DNA of 64,000 nt from Felis catus. Lineage: Eukaryota. The first letter of the stretch is position 1; each line of letters opens with the position of its first letter. The notes under the pieces were generated by a model. It saw only the letters and a program-made list of their open reading frames with translations. It had not been told where the DNA came from and ran no database searches. The stretch covers positions 28,088,001 to 28,152,000 of the forward strand of contig NC_058368.1 in the NCBI RefSeq assembly GCF_018350175.1, given 5' to 3'. A program made the position numbers and the translations under genes. Of this stretch, positions 24,201-34,772 are shown in pieces.

Positions 24201-27200
24201 CTCTTTCTCAGGTCAGGACTTTGCATAGTTACGTCTTTACCTTGTAAATACCCACGTAGAGTTTTCTACTTTAATCTCCATAAGCTTTGTCCATGCCTTG
24301 CTAAGTTTATTTTTAGGGCTCTTTAAAAATTACAAACGGAATCTTTCTTTTGTGTTTTCTTTGTCTTTCCTTTTTTTTTTTTTAAAGATTTTATTTTTGA
24401 GCAATCTCCACACCCAATGTGGGGCTTGAACCTGCAACCCCAAGATCAAGAATCACACGCTCCACTGACTGAGCCAGCCAGGCACTTTTATATTTTCTAA
24501 TTCTCCTGTTTTGTGTTTTCTAATTCTTGTTTGAAATAGGGACAGCTAGTGATTATTACTTATTAATTTTTACAAACTGATTTATTTGGCTTGCAGCCTT
24601 TTGGTCCTTTTGAATTTTCCCAAGTATACAATCAGCATATGCAAATTTTGCCTTTTCCATATCTGTGTGTGTATATTCACATATGCTTTCCGATTTCATT
24701 CTCTTGTATAATTACATTAGCTAGTATTCTGAACAATGTTAAATAATGCGGGGACACTAGGCATCTTTGTTGTGTCCTAAGAAAATGTTTCTGTTTTTCA
24801 TCATTAGCTACCTTTTAGTTTGAGGTATTTAGAAAAACATCAAGAATCCATCTGGTTCTGTTTTCTAATGGATTTTAAGCATCAGAAATAAATGCGAAAT
24901 TTTGACAATCACTTCTTAGTATCTACGAGATGCTAATGTTTTTCTCTTTTGACTGGTTAAGATGAACCACACTTGCATTCTCCTAAATAAATGTTAATGC
25001 TATCTGTTCTTCTTTTTAATTGTTTTTTAAATGTTTCTTTATTTTTGAGAGACAGAAAGAGACAGAGTGCAAGCGGGAGAGGGGCAGAGAGAGAGGGAGA
25101 CACAGAATCTGAAACAGGTTCCAGTCTCTGAGCTGTCAGCACAGAGCCCGATGCAGGGCTCGAACTCACAAACCATGAGATCATGACCTGAGCCAAAGTC
25201 AGACGCTTAACTGACTGAGCCACCCAGGTGCCCTTATCTGCTCTTCCTAATATTTTTTATTTTCAAAATTATCATGGCTGATCTCATTCTTCCAGGAAAA
25301 CAAAACAAAACAAAACAAAACAACCTAAGGATAATTTTTAAGAACAAGGACACCTGTGAAATTAAAAGCTTATCTCTTCATTGTAAGGAGTTACAATATA
25401 AGTCAGTTCACACACAAAATAAGGAGACAACCACTTACCTAAGCAGAATTACCTTAATTAGGGGTTTGGTTTTTAACTAATAGATTACCCCCTCGTACAT
25501 GTAAATCATTGTTTATAGATAGTTTGCTCAACATTGGGGAGATAGGATAAAAAGCAAGCCAATGAAAATAAAACATAAAATGAAACAAAAATATGAACAG
25601 ACTAACTCTGAAAGTAAGATGCAAACAGAATCTATAAAGATCATGTTTAATTTTTTTTCTTCCTTTCTTTCTCTTTCTTTTTCTTTTCTTTCTGATGCAT
25701 GAAGTAATGATGTAAGTTGGAAACTGGTGGTATCTTAGATTTGACAAAATACAGCAAATATCAGCTTTATGGGTCACACAAAACAGCTTCATCTCCCTAC
25801 TTCTAGCTCCGATACACTTTTTTCTAAAAATGCTATTACTAGGGGCGTGTGGGTGGCTCAGTCATTTGAGCACCCGACTCTTGATTTCATCTCAGGTCAT
25901 GATCCCAGGGTCGTGGGTTCGAGACCTGCGTCAGGCTCTCAGGCTCTGCGCTGATAGCATGGAGCCTGCTTGGAATTCTCTCTCTCCCTCTCTCTTTGCC
26001 CCTCCCCAGCTTGCATACACGTGTGCACACACTTTCTCTCTCTCTCTCAAAATAAATAGATAAACATTAAAAAAATGCTGTTACTCTATTGGAGTTTTTA
26101 AACAATAAACTAAATTAAAATTCAATTTAGATTCAAGGAGTTTGAGATCTTCAGGATTTACTCGAAGATGATCAGAAATAGACCAGGGAGCTGCAAACTA
26201 GAGACTGGGATATATGGGTACATATAAGAATCCACACAGATGTGCATGCTAGAATTCACTGGAGTCACTGGGTTCTCCCCAGTTTTTGGTGGAGTCAGTC
26301 CGTAAAATAATTCCAAGGCTGCAAAATTCTCGAGTGACTCTATTCAGAAAAGTAGGACGCACAGTTATGACAGTTATGACAGTGTTTCTCACTTAGAGCT
26401 GTCGATGTAAGAGAAGTCACTGGTCTTCCCCAACCCCATCTCCTCCCTTCTCACCCAGCTCTCCCAGAAAAAGAGAAAATGGACGCGGTTTCCACCTTGG
26501 GCACCACATCAACTCCTGTTGTGCTCGCTTTACCTCCTCACCCCAGATGACAACAATGGACCAGTTACAAGCATTTTTAACAGAGTCCTGCATCAACAGA
26601 TGTGGACCAGGAGAGTCTGCCAATACAAAATCAAATGTAAAGGCAACAGCAGCAAGTCCTATACGCTGAGGGAAAGGTTTCCAGGGCGGGGAATTCACAC
26701 CAGCAAACTGACCCATGGACCACCACAAGCTATCTTTGCTGTCCTTCAATGTGTGAATTTAAATGCCTCCTCTTAGAAAAGAAAAGGAAAGGAAAGAAAG
26801 GATAGGGAAGGGACGAAGTCTGTGCATGAAAGTCTCTGGTCACTATAACAAGCCACTAACAGCTTCAAAAGAATTCTGCTCGTCTCTTAAAAACCATTCT
26901 CTTTAGCTCTTTTACAAATGATGAAAATGAAAAAGAACAAAGTCAACAGCACTTAGCCAGTATTAATTTTCAGCAATAGCAGGGTCAGTGCAGGCCCTTG
27001 ACTCAGATCCTCATATGGACTCACCTTTTGTACAGCTGCCCGGAAGGCCTGTTTAATGCTCTTACACGAATCAGGTATTAATTTTGTGTCTTGACTCTCC
27101 AGAGTTGTGTCTTGCAAATCTGCGTTTTCGTGGAGTTTGAAAATTCTATTAATGCAGTGAGTGTCATCTTCCGATATTCTATTAGGATCCATCTGAGGGG

Positions 27201-30200
27201 AGAAGAAAAAAGACAGGATACGGAGAAATTATCTTCGATCGTTCTGCCATTTAATAAAGTGTGGCTGACTTCAGGACACAAAATTCACTCTTGCAAGAGT
27301 CTTTATGTCCCCAACAATTAATAATTAATACAATCACCCTCGGTGTTGGTGAAACATTGACTTCTAATTCATTTTTATGAGTAGCTATGATTCACAACAC
27401 AAGTACACACGTGTGATTCATGGGGAAATTATTAAAATTGTCTGGCAACGAAAGTCCTCATAGAAGGAAAGAGCATCAAGGAAAATCACACGTGGTCAGT
27501 GCAGGTAGAGAAGTTTTGGTCTGTAAGTCACACACAGCATTGCTAGATGGGATGATGAAACCCACTAGGATATTCAAAGCACGAAGCTTACGAAACCGGG
27601 CAAAATTAACACCATCTTTAGCCACCATGTTTGGCCTTTTTCCGTAATCAATGTATATTTTTCAATCAGCCAAGGAAGGAGGGAGAAATCCATTGCCCAA
27701 AACCTAAAGCCAGAAGCAAATTTCCCTTTTTGTTGAAACTCTCATCAATATTTCTTCAACTGGAGTAGTACGTTTATCAGGGGGTGTGTCCCATGGGATA
27801 AGGAGGGCTGCTTGGGGCGAACCGGCTGTATGGACAGATGCTGGGGAGGGGACATGCTAAAATTTCTATAATGTGAGGGACTGTCCCTCCCAAAATATCC
27901 ATCCCCCTTGAATTGTTAGCTGGTTTCCTGTCTAAACAGTTCTTCAAGTATTACTCTTCTCTTGAAATTGTCTCCTCCTGGGGCTCTGACGAGCCTTTTT
28001 AGCGGTTTCAGCTGCCAGGTAAAGGGTAGAGAGAATTAGCCATCAGTTGTTTAAATAACACTTGCTTAATTTATTGTCCTCTTCTTTAAAAAGTTCAAGG
28101 TGCCTCATGAGCATTTGCTTATTAATAGGTATAGACGGGATGAAAAAAGGAAGAATTATAGAAGTTTATAATATGAGCTCCATCAATTAATACCAGGTCT
28201 CTCATTGCCTGATTTACCTTTTTTAAAGTAATCAAAACGATGTGCAGGTTTACTAACCAACCATCAGACATAAACTAGAAAGTACTCTCTCCATATCTGA
28301 GATTCTCAAATGAAATAATAAGCCTTCAACAAATGTGCAGCCACCAATACAAATTTTATTATTTCAGTCTTGCATCTATAATAAGGATTATCTATAATCC
28401 TGGGAGAGGTGTCATTCATGAAGCAAAACTATTTGCAAGCCATATTTATTTTTCATATTTTCTTTAGAGGTGCCGGGGTGGCTCAGCCAGTTAGGCGTCC
28501 GGCTTCGGCTCAGGTCACAATCTCGCAGTTTGTGAGTTTGAGCCCCGCGTGGGGCTCTGTGCTGACAGCTCGGAGCCTGGAGCCTGCTTCGGATTCTGTG
28601 TCTCTCCCTCTCTCCCTGCCCGTCCCCTGCTCACACTTTGTCTGTGTCCAAAGTAAGCACTAAAAACAATTAAAATGATAAGTACAGATCAGAATATGTG
28701 AGTTTTTATATAAGGAAAGCTTTGCAATCGCACTTTTTTAAAAAGCTCACTCATGCCGATCAGTTTCCCACAAAATCAGAGACGCCTGGGCAGCTGATGT
28801 GAAGGGTCACTCGGTTGAGACCTCAAGAAAGAAGAATGATGCCAAGACCTAGTTGGCTCGCCACCAGAAAATCGCTGAGCTACAGGAACAGGGCGGTGTT
28901 AGCGGGGAAACGCCTGGGGAGCCTAAAACTGGTTGAGCTCCAGACCTGCTGACCAACTAAGTGCCATCACACAGAAGCCGCGGTGACGGATGCTGCCTCC
29001 ACTTCAAGTCCAGTCCAAACACCTGTAGCTTCACGGGCTCCCCTGGAGCTCGTTAGAAATGCAGAATCTCAGGTCCCTGGCACGCTGCCTGGGGATCTGC
29101 GTCCTAACCAGACCCCAGGCCCTCTCGACGTACGTGAACGTTTGACCAGAAATGCTTTCAAATACCAAACGTGCAAATACAGATGTTCTGCTATTAAAAC
29201 GTCCCAAAATTTCTCGGACACGAATTTTTTTTTTTTTTTACAAGTCATGCTGACTGGTACAAAAATATTGTGAGAGTAATAATGGTTAATGATTCGGTGC
29301 AAAGAAATGTAACACAAAGATTTTGTTCCCTCTCTCTGAGCAAGTCTCCACACCCAGGTGCCACCCTCAGCCAATGGAACCCACATCCCTCAGGGTAAGA
29401 GCCAACTGGCTCTCTCTGCAAGGGCTTCGAATGTTCAGCTGAGAACCACGGTTCAGAAGGTAACACAAGAGCTAAAACATAGAGCAAAGCGATCAATTGT
29501 TTTCCCAAAAGAAGTGACGAAAGCATGGCATCGTTCATTTTGATAGAGTCATTTATTTTGTTTACTTCAGTTTAGAGCGTATGTTAGGAATGTCTTTTTC
29601 CAGGGTCTTGTAGCCCTCCCTTCCCAGAAATGGAGACCAGGAGAAAAGAGAGGAGTTGGGGCATGGGGGTGGGCTGACTGCACACACCAGTGAGGGTCTC
29701 TGGTCTGGAGTCTCTGTGCTGGAAAGACTGCTAGCAAGGGGTGGGATTGGTGCCCAGAGCTGGACACCCCAGGGCTCATCCAGTGGCTCCAGCAACCACA
29801 CTCTTACCCCACACCCTCTCTCCAGACACCATGGTCTGGATAGAGAATTTGCGCGACTACATAAAAAGTGCTACTTTTTAGCCTAGTTTAGCTACTCCTT
29901 AGCTGACTTACATATTTGCAAATTTCTAGCATCCTGAATCATTTGAAAAGCTTCTTCAGCAAACGAAACATGCCAGGCACTGGGCTAGATGCTGCCGATA
30001 ATGTAGTGAGCACAACAGGCAGTCTTTACCTTCTTGAACTTAACTACACTCAACAAAGGAACACAGAAGCTCATCCAAAAAAAAAAAAAAAAATCACAGT
30101 GAACTGGGTTACAAATGAATTCATTACACCTAGAAATGTCTGAACACATTATATAAATCTTGACTATCTGATTTAAGAGGCTTATAAATGCATTTACCAG

Positions 30201-31021
30201 ATAATGTAGTTCATATGAAGTGAGACTCTTTAAAAAAAAAAAAAAAACTTCCTAGAAATGTAATCATTTGTAGGGTTAAATGAGGCAGGATGTTTGACAT
30301 TTGTGCTACTTTGTTATCTGTTTTTTCAAACAGGCGCCTGCACACCTCGACATCAGAGTTGCGGTAGGGATTGCTCCCTTGTTTGGGTAACAAACAGCCA
30401 GGGAGGTTGGTGTGCACACTGGGGTTTGGGGGAAGGAGTTAAAGGGCAACAGAGATTGCGTTTTCTGAAAAGCTTATCTTGTAGCTAACCTCCAAACTTT
30501 GAATATGATTATGTGGATTAAAAGAAGAGAAACAAAACGCACATAAATTTTACAAGCAACTTTTTGCAAGGTTTTCTTCTTCTCCTTTTTCTCCTTCTCC
30601 TTCTTCTTCTCCTTCTTCTTCTTCTTCTTCTTCGCAAACCAAAGTATGAATACTATGTGGTAAATATATAGCACAAACCACATGCTATTTTTTTCTTTGG
30701 CAACGTTGGTAGAGGAAAAGCCAATCTAGTCTAGATCTAGTGCTTTTTTTTTTTCTTTTCAATCTGGGCTCAGGCAATCTGCAAACATCCAGGAGGCTGA
30801 TTCATTTTTAACTATTCAATCATGAATTGAGAATGGAAAAAACTTTTTAAACTCACTGTAATTTTTACACTATTCTGGGCATTCTTCTCAAATGCATTTA
30901 GGGGCACCTGGGTGGCTCAGTCGGTTGAGCGTCCTACTCTTGATTTCAGTTCAGGTCATATCTCGTGGTTGTAAGACTGAGCCCCTCATCAGGCTCAGTG
31001 CCGGCATGGAACCTGCTTAAG

Positions 31022-31061
<40 letters not shown>

Positions 31062-34000
31062 TGCTCTTCCCCGCAACCCCCCCCCCCCCACACACACACA
31101 CGCGTGCGCGAACTCTCTCTTTCACTTTCTCTCTCAAAATAAAATAAATACATAAAAAATAAAAATAAAAATAAATGCATTTAAAACTAAATTCTATTTT
31201 TTTTTCTTGAGGAATTGCATAGCTACCCTGTCCCCACTTTAAACAAAAACAATAAAACTGGCTCCTTCTCATTTTTTACTGTAAACTGCAAACAAGTTAC
31301 TTGACACAAAATGATTTCATTCTAATTCAGAGGTATTCAGAAACCCCAAGTCGTTGACACCCCCAACTTTAGTGGAAATTAAAAAAAAATCTCTTATTTG
31401 GTACCAAGTTCTAACCTAAAGGAGCTGATATGAGTAAACATGTTAAATCAGTGACGGGTCAAACGGAGTCTATTCTCTTAGCTAGAACTTTGAAAGAAGG
31501 CCTCAGGCACACATAAAAGTAGGAAGAATTGTAGAATGGACTCCACAAACCCATCACCCAGCTTCAACAATTATCAACCCATGGCCAATCTTTTTTCGTC
31601 TGTAGGAAACCACTTCTCTACCCCTAAAGCTCCCCACTTACTATTTTGAAGCACATTCCGGACATCTTAGCACTTCACTTGTAACTATTTCAGAATGTAT
31701 CTCTAAATAATCAGGCCTCCTTTAGGTATCAGAGGTAGATACTATAACTCAGTAACTTTTTTCCTAAAGAAGATGCCCCTTTAAAAATGCAGTACAGGGG
31801 TGACTGGGTGGCTCAGTCAGTTGAGAGTTAGACTTTGGTTCAGGTCATGATCTCACAGTTCCTGAGTTCAAGCCCTGCATCAGGCTCACTGCTGTCAGCA
31901 CAGAGACTGCTTCAGACCCTCTCTTCAGTCCCCTCTCTCCTTGATCCTCCCCCACTCGTGTTCTCTCTCTCTCTCAAAAATAAATAAACATTTTTTTAAA
32001 TGCAGTACAGGGGCGCCTGGGTGGCGCAGTCGGTTAAGCGTCCGACTTCAGCCAGGTCACGATCTCGCGGTCCGTGAGTTCAAGCCCCGCGTCGGGCTCT
32101 GGGCTGATGGCTCAGAGCCTGGAGCCTGTTTCCGATTCTGTGTCTCCCCCTCTCTCTGCCCCTCGCCCGTTCATGCTCTGTCTCTCTCTGTCCCAAAAAT
32201 AAATAAATGTTGAAAAAAAAAATTTAAAAAAAAATGCAGTACAAAATGGGGTCCAGAGTAATGGTTAATATATTTTGCATAAGTCTTTAAAAAACCCCAA
32301 TCTTTATGGCATTTAGGAAAACTGTACTTATGAAATCTGATGACATTAAATCTCCAAAATGAAAATTTTCTAGCTGGGCTTACTAATTTGCATGGTTTTG
32401 TTTTGTTTTGTTTTGTTTTGTTTTGGGAAAAATGGGGTTGAGAATTTCACTATCACCCATGTAATATCAAGACTGCTAAGTTATAATGAGCGATCATCAG
32501 ACAGACCCTTTGGCCTGTCCAGACCATTGCCATTCTTACAGAAGCAGGTCACTCTTTTGTACGTGGCCACACCCATCCATGGCTCCCGCCAATCTGAGCT
32601 GTTGCTGGTCCCTGAGCTCATTCATTGCCTACTGCTCTCTCAATGCTTAAGACTCACTTCACCATTACTGCTACGAAAATGCCACGTCCCTAAGGTGATA
32701 GAGAAGATAAAAAGTAGTAGACAACTTGTGCAGTCCCATCCTTTTTCTGAATCGTGCTGTCGTGTTTGACTAAGAATTTTAAGTCTTTTGTTAACAGGTC
32801 TCTCTAATGCCTGGCACCACGTGATGCACACAGTAGGTGGAGATTGTATGCTGAATTAAGGATTCTTAACACACACTCCACAGCATTTAATAGTCTCATC
32901 TGCAGTGTAGGTACTCAGTATATACAGACTTTACAGGTGGGGGTGGCGGGAGAAAACTGGATGGGAAAATGGGTCATTCTCCACTGTAGTATACTCTGAT
33001 GAAAGAAAAGGCATTTTCCATCACTTCCCTATAGGTGGGTGTAATCTTTATAGCAAAAGTTGTGGGCTTTTTTTTTTTAAACAAATATCTTAATAGGTAA
33101 AGATTACTTGTATTAATATACAAATACAAGTGTCCTCAAGTATGGCTCATCGTATCTCCACCTTTGTTTTAGTAGGTAAATCAAACTAGCTCTATAAAAC
33201 ACAAAACAGTGGATAATGAATATTAAACAAAAATCCCAGGATTACAAATAATGGAGTTCAAGACTCTGGCACATGTCAAAACCCATACACTCCAAGCAAT
33301 GCCATGTTTTGATGCGTCCTATTTGGTTTGGTAATCACCTTTGAATCTGAAAACCAATGAAGTCCAAACCCAACTCTCTTTTCCCATAAAAAAAAAAAAA
33401 AAATGCACAGTCAGCCCTCCACTTCCTCTGAGAAAGAGTTCACAGCACCAGACAAGAACATTTGAATGAATCCAACCAACTGCACTGCAATTTCCAAGAA
33501 AACACAAGAGCATAAACCACCAGAAAGCATAATATTACAGATTTACCCCTTCCTTTCTACTATCTTTCACTGCAGTTCCCAGCCGTCTTTCTCATCTTTT
33601 AGAAGTTTAGTTGTCTGCTGGATTGTAGCGAGGCTGTATCAGGGGTGAGAACCTCACCACCATCACGCACCCCTGGCTTCCTTCTGCCGCCCACCTTAAC
33701 GGGAAGGCACGTGGTGCTCCCCTCTTCGTGCCCCCAGGCGCGAGCGGAGCCCGGGTCCTGCCACCAGGCTTCTCCGCCCATCTGGCGCCTTGGGCATCCC
33801 CCCCGGGGTGCTCCAGCGGCTGCCTGCGGTGCAAGCACCGCGACCTTCCGCTCTGCGCTCCCTTCCAGCCGAGCGGCCCGGAGCACACCTGCAAAGCAGC
33901 CAGCGCCGGGAACCAACCCCTCCAGGTGGTGGGCGGGAAGGGACAGGGTTGCGCTCATCCCCCCCCGCCCCCTCCCCAAGTGGACGTAAGTCAATCCTTA

Positions 34001-34579
34001 GCTCCTAGTGAGAAATGCAAGGATTTGGGGTTGGGGTGGGTGGGGAGTGTGCAATCATCCATTAGAGGTTAGCAGCCAATGCTGCGTCGCGGGGGAAATT
34101 CAAACGCACCAGGTCGGTACCAGCGAGCCCACGCTCCGCTCCCTGCGGGGCCCAGGCGGGCGCGGAGACCCGAGGCCCGGGCGCCCGGCCCCGCGCCAGG
34201 CTGGCCCCGAGCGGGGCGCACCCTCTTTAGAGTCCCTTTCCCCTCCGGAACTTGCAAGGTCTGGGGAGCCGAGCCGGCGGCCAGCCTCAGTTTCCCACCT
34301 GCGCGGAACGGACGAGGTGGGCGGGTCCCCGGGGAGGCGGGCACTCACCTGCGCTCTGAAGTAGAGGAACAGGGCGACGCTGCAGACCACCTGGCCCAGC
34401 CCCAGTCCCAGGAAGGCCACGAACATGGAGCGCGAGGCGGCGGCGGGCGGGTGCGGCGCGGGCGGCGCGGGCGGCGGCGGGGCGTGCAGGGGGCCCTCGT
34501 GCGGGGCGCCGGGGCCGCCGCCGCCCATCTCCTCCGAGCCGCGCAGGTACTTGGTGTAGTCTCGGCTGGCGCGGCGCAT
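3189..34579 (-). CDS. TNFSF11: TNFSF11 / RANKL, full spliced CDS: join(34349..34579,27025..27192,7974..8019,7795..7893,3189..3610), 966 nt, 321 aa type II membrane TNF-family ligand
   Basis: The five exons join in frame (231+168+46+99+422=966), all with GT..AG introns. The translation [18 protein letters not shown]...[24 protein letters not shown]...[14 protein letters not shown]...[15 protein letters not shown]...[14 protein letters not shown] is recognisably RANKL. Confidence 0.98.
3653..3878 (+). mobile_element. Carnivore tRNA-derived SINE (SINEC_Fc-like), young, in intron 4, antisense to the gene
   Basis: GGGGCGCCTGGGTGGCTCAGTCGGTTAAG head, CT-rich body and A tail. Perfect 17-bp TSD TAAAATCTGTCCCTCTG (3636-3652 and 3879-3895). 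Confidence 0.95.
6600..6810 (-). mobile_element. MIR remnant
   Basis: Degenerate MIR core and tail (GAGTGCTTACTGTATGCCAG...GTCAGACTTCAGAGCCC). Confidence 0.6.
6915..7125 (+). mobile_element. MIR remnant
   Basis: TGTGACCTGGGCAG...CCTCAGTTTCCTTGTCTG...TGCCTGGTACATAG. Confidence 0.65.
7795..7893 (-). CDS. TNFSF11: RANKL coding exon 4 (99 nt; [33 protein letters not shown]), start of the TNF homology domain
   Basis: Acceptor TTTCTCTCATCTCCAG|CT with branch point CTAAC (7914-7918) and donor CAG|GTAAGT. Contains the QPFAHLTIN motif. Confidence 0.96.
7974..8019 (-). CDS. TNFSF11: RANKL coding exon 3 (46 nt; [15 protein letters not shown] + 1 nt)
   Basis: Acceptor TTTTCTTTTTATTTCAG|GAATTA and donor AAAG|GTAAGC. 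Too short for the ORF track. Matches the RANKL stalk (human [15 protein letters not shown], from memory). Confidence 0.96.
9069..9120 (+). repeat. (GATA)n tetranucleotide microsatellite
   Basis: Eight perfect units at 9077-9108 plus interrupted flanking units. Confidence 0.95.
9756..9830 (-). mobile_element. Extremely 5'-truncated L1 3' end (cat L1-like), about 75 bp, inside an AT-rich low-complexity tract
   Basis: AAATTTATTGTCAAATTGGTTTCCATACCACACCCAGTGCTCATCCC matches the recalled feline L1 terminus. T-rich tail and candidate TSD ATATATTT (9748-9755, 9831-9838). Confidence 0.7.
10147..10301. mobile_element. MER5A-like hAT-Charlie MITE remnant
   Basis: Diagnostic core GGGTGGGGCCTGAGAATTTGCATTTCTAACAGG. 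Confidence 0.7.
10817..11036 (-). mobile_element. SINEC_Fc-like SINE, youngest-looking variant
   Basis: Full length, with TSD CAGTATATCTTT (10805-10816, 11037-11048). Confidence 0.95.
11311..11486 (-). mobile_element. Carnivore SINE (older, shortened)
   Basis: T tail, GA tract and GAGCCACCCAGG end. Confidence 0.85.
11910..12593 (+). mobile_element. Solo LTR, MER34/MER39-like (ERV1 class), interrupted by a SINE
   Basis: TG...GGTTCAGAACCTGCTACCCCAAAATAT...AGCTGAAGGAATTTGAGAAA start, TATAAA 12205-12210, AATAAA 12495-12500 and GAACCTAAGTGGGTAGAGG...CTACA end. Family assigned from memory; no clear TSD. Confidence 0.65.
12225..12442 (+). mobile_element. Carnivore SINE nested in the LTR
   Basis: TSD AATCAGGTTA (12215-12224, 12443-12452). 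Confidence 0.93.
12721..12893 (-). mobile_element. Carnivore SINE (older)
   Basis: T tail, (GA)n, GGGCTCGAACTCAC and GAGCCACCCAGGCGTCCC. Confidence 0.85.
14074..14087 (-). promoter_or_regulatory. Candidate CTCF site CCGCTAGGTGGCAG in intron 2
   Basis: Close match to the core consensus CCASYAGRKGGCRS, within a small CpG-retaining unique patch. Confidence 0.55.
17800..18430 (-). mobile_element. L2 remnant
   Basis: TTCATTCATCCATCC...TTTATTGA...GCCAGGCA, the reverse complement of the L2 tail, followed by a degenerate purine-rich body. Confidence 0.55.
20651..20864 (-). mobile_element. Carnivore SINE
   Basis: Full-length pattern with degenerate TSD GTGGGTACACCATTCTT / GAGGGTACACTGTTCTT. Confidence 0.9.
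21049..21266 (+). mobile_element. Carnivore SINE, 5'-truncated
   Basis: Begins at GTGGCTCAGTCAG without the GGGGCGCCTGG head. Has the CT tract and A tail. Confidence 0.9.
21964..22192 (+). mobile_element. Carnivore SINE (older)
   Basis: GGGGCGCCCGGGTGGCTCAG head, CT tract and AATAAA tail. Confidence 0.88.
23192..23391 (-). mobile_element. Carnivore SINE
   Basis: TSD AAACGTGGCTTGATTCT / AAACATGGCTTGATTCT (one CpG-type mismatch). Confidence 0.93.
24371..24486 (-). mobile_element. Short tRNA-like carnivore SINE lacking the CT tract
   Basis: The minus strand reads GTGCCTGGCTGGCTCAGTCAGTGGAGCGTGTGATTCTTGATCTTGGGG...AAAATAAAATCTTTAAAA. Confidence 0.8.
24500..25000 (-). mobile_element. Old L1 ORF2-region remnant
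   Basis: T-rich, with ACAATGTTAAATAATGCGGGGACACTAGGCATCTTTGTTGTGTCC resembling antisense L1 ORF2. Confidence 0.55.
25013..25233 (-). mobile_element. Carnivore SINE
   Basis: Full length, with TSD TATCTGTTCTTC / TATCTGCTCTTC. Confidence 0.92.
25842..26071 (+). mobile_element. Carnivore SINE (older)
   Basis: TSD AAAAATGCTATTACT / AAAAATGCTGTTACT. Confidence 0.9.
27025..27192 (-). CDS. TNFSF11: RANKL coding exon 2 (aa 78-133, stalk), 168 nt, phase 0-0
   Basis: Pyrimidine tract and acceptor TCTTTTTTCTTCTCCCCTCAG|ATGGATCCT. Encodes [10 protein letters not shown]...QAFRAAVQK. Donor AAG|GTGAGT. Confidence 0.97.
28467..28668 (+). mobile_element. Carnivore SINE in intron 1
   Basis: GGTGCCGGGGTGGCTCAGCC...GAGCCTGGAGCCTGCTTCGGATTCTG. 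Confidence 0.88.
30572..30633 (+). repeat. (CTT/CTC)n pyrimidine trinucleotide repeat
   Basis: Directly visible. Confidence 0.9.
30901..31172 (+). mobile_element. Carnivore SINE with an expanded internal (CT)n, poly-C and (CA)n tract
   Basis: TSD AAATGCATTTA (30890-30900, 31173-31183). Confidence 0.92.
31510..31720 (-). mobile_element. Old L1 (L1MC-like) 3' region remnant
   Basis: CCCATCACCCAGCTTCAACAATTATCAAC...TATTTTGAAGCA...TATTTCAGAATGTATCTCTAA. Confidence 0.6.
31797..31997 (+). mobile_element. Carnivore SINE (older member of a tandem pair)
   Basis: CpG-decayed body flanked by AAATGCAGTACA. Confidence 0.92.
32010..32231 (+). mobile_element. SINEC_Fc-like SINE, youngest-looking variant (second member of the tandem pair)
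   Basis: CpG-intact body flanked by AAATGCAGTACA (31998-32009, 32232-32243). Confidence 0.95.
32395..32425 (+). repeat. (GTTTT)6 microsatellite
   Basis: Directly visible. Confidence 0.9.
34349..34579 (-). CDS. TNFSF11: RANKL coding exon 1 (aa 1-77: cytoplasmic Pro-rich tail and transmembrane helix)
   Basis: ATG at 34579 in the context AGCGCC-ATG. Encodes [77 protein letters not shown]. Donor CAG|GTGAGT at 34349/34348. Confidence 0.97.
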
Positions 34580-34772
34580 GGCGCTCGGCCCGCTGGCTGC
34601 GGCGCTCGCCTCCCTCGCTGGCTCCCTCCCTGGCTCCTCGGCCCGCGACCGAGCCTGAAGACGGCGCGGAGCCGGCGCGGGGCCAGGCGGGCCTCGACGT
34701 GCGGCGCTCAGAGCCGGGCGCTGCTCGGGGGGCGCGCGGGCGAGCGGGCTGGGCGCCCGGCTACCCCAACTC

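Noticed and set aside
24371..24486. tRNA-like sequence, and the A/B boxes of the other SINE heads
   Set aside because: A SINE-derived head with an A-rich tail. No intact tRNA cloverleaf is evident.
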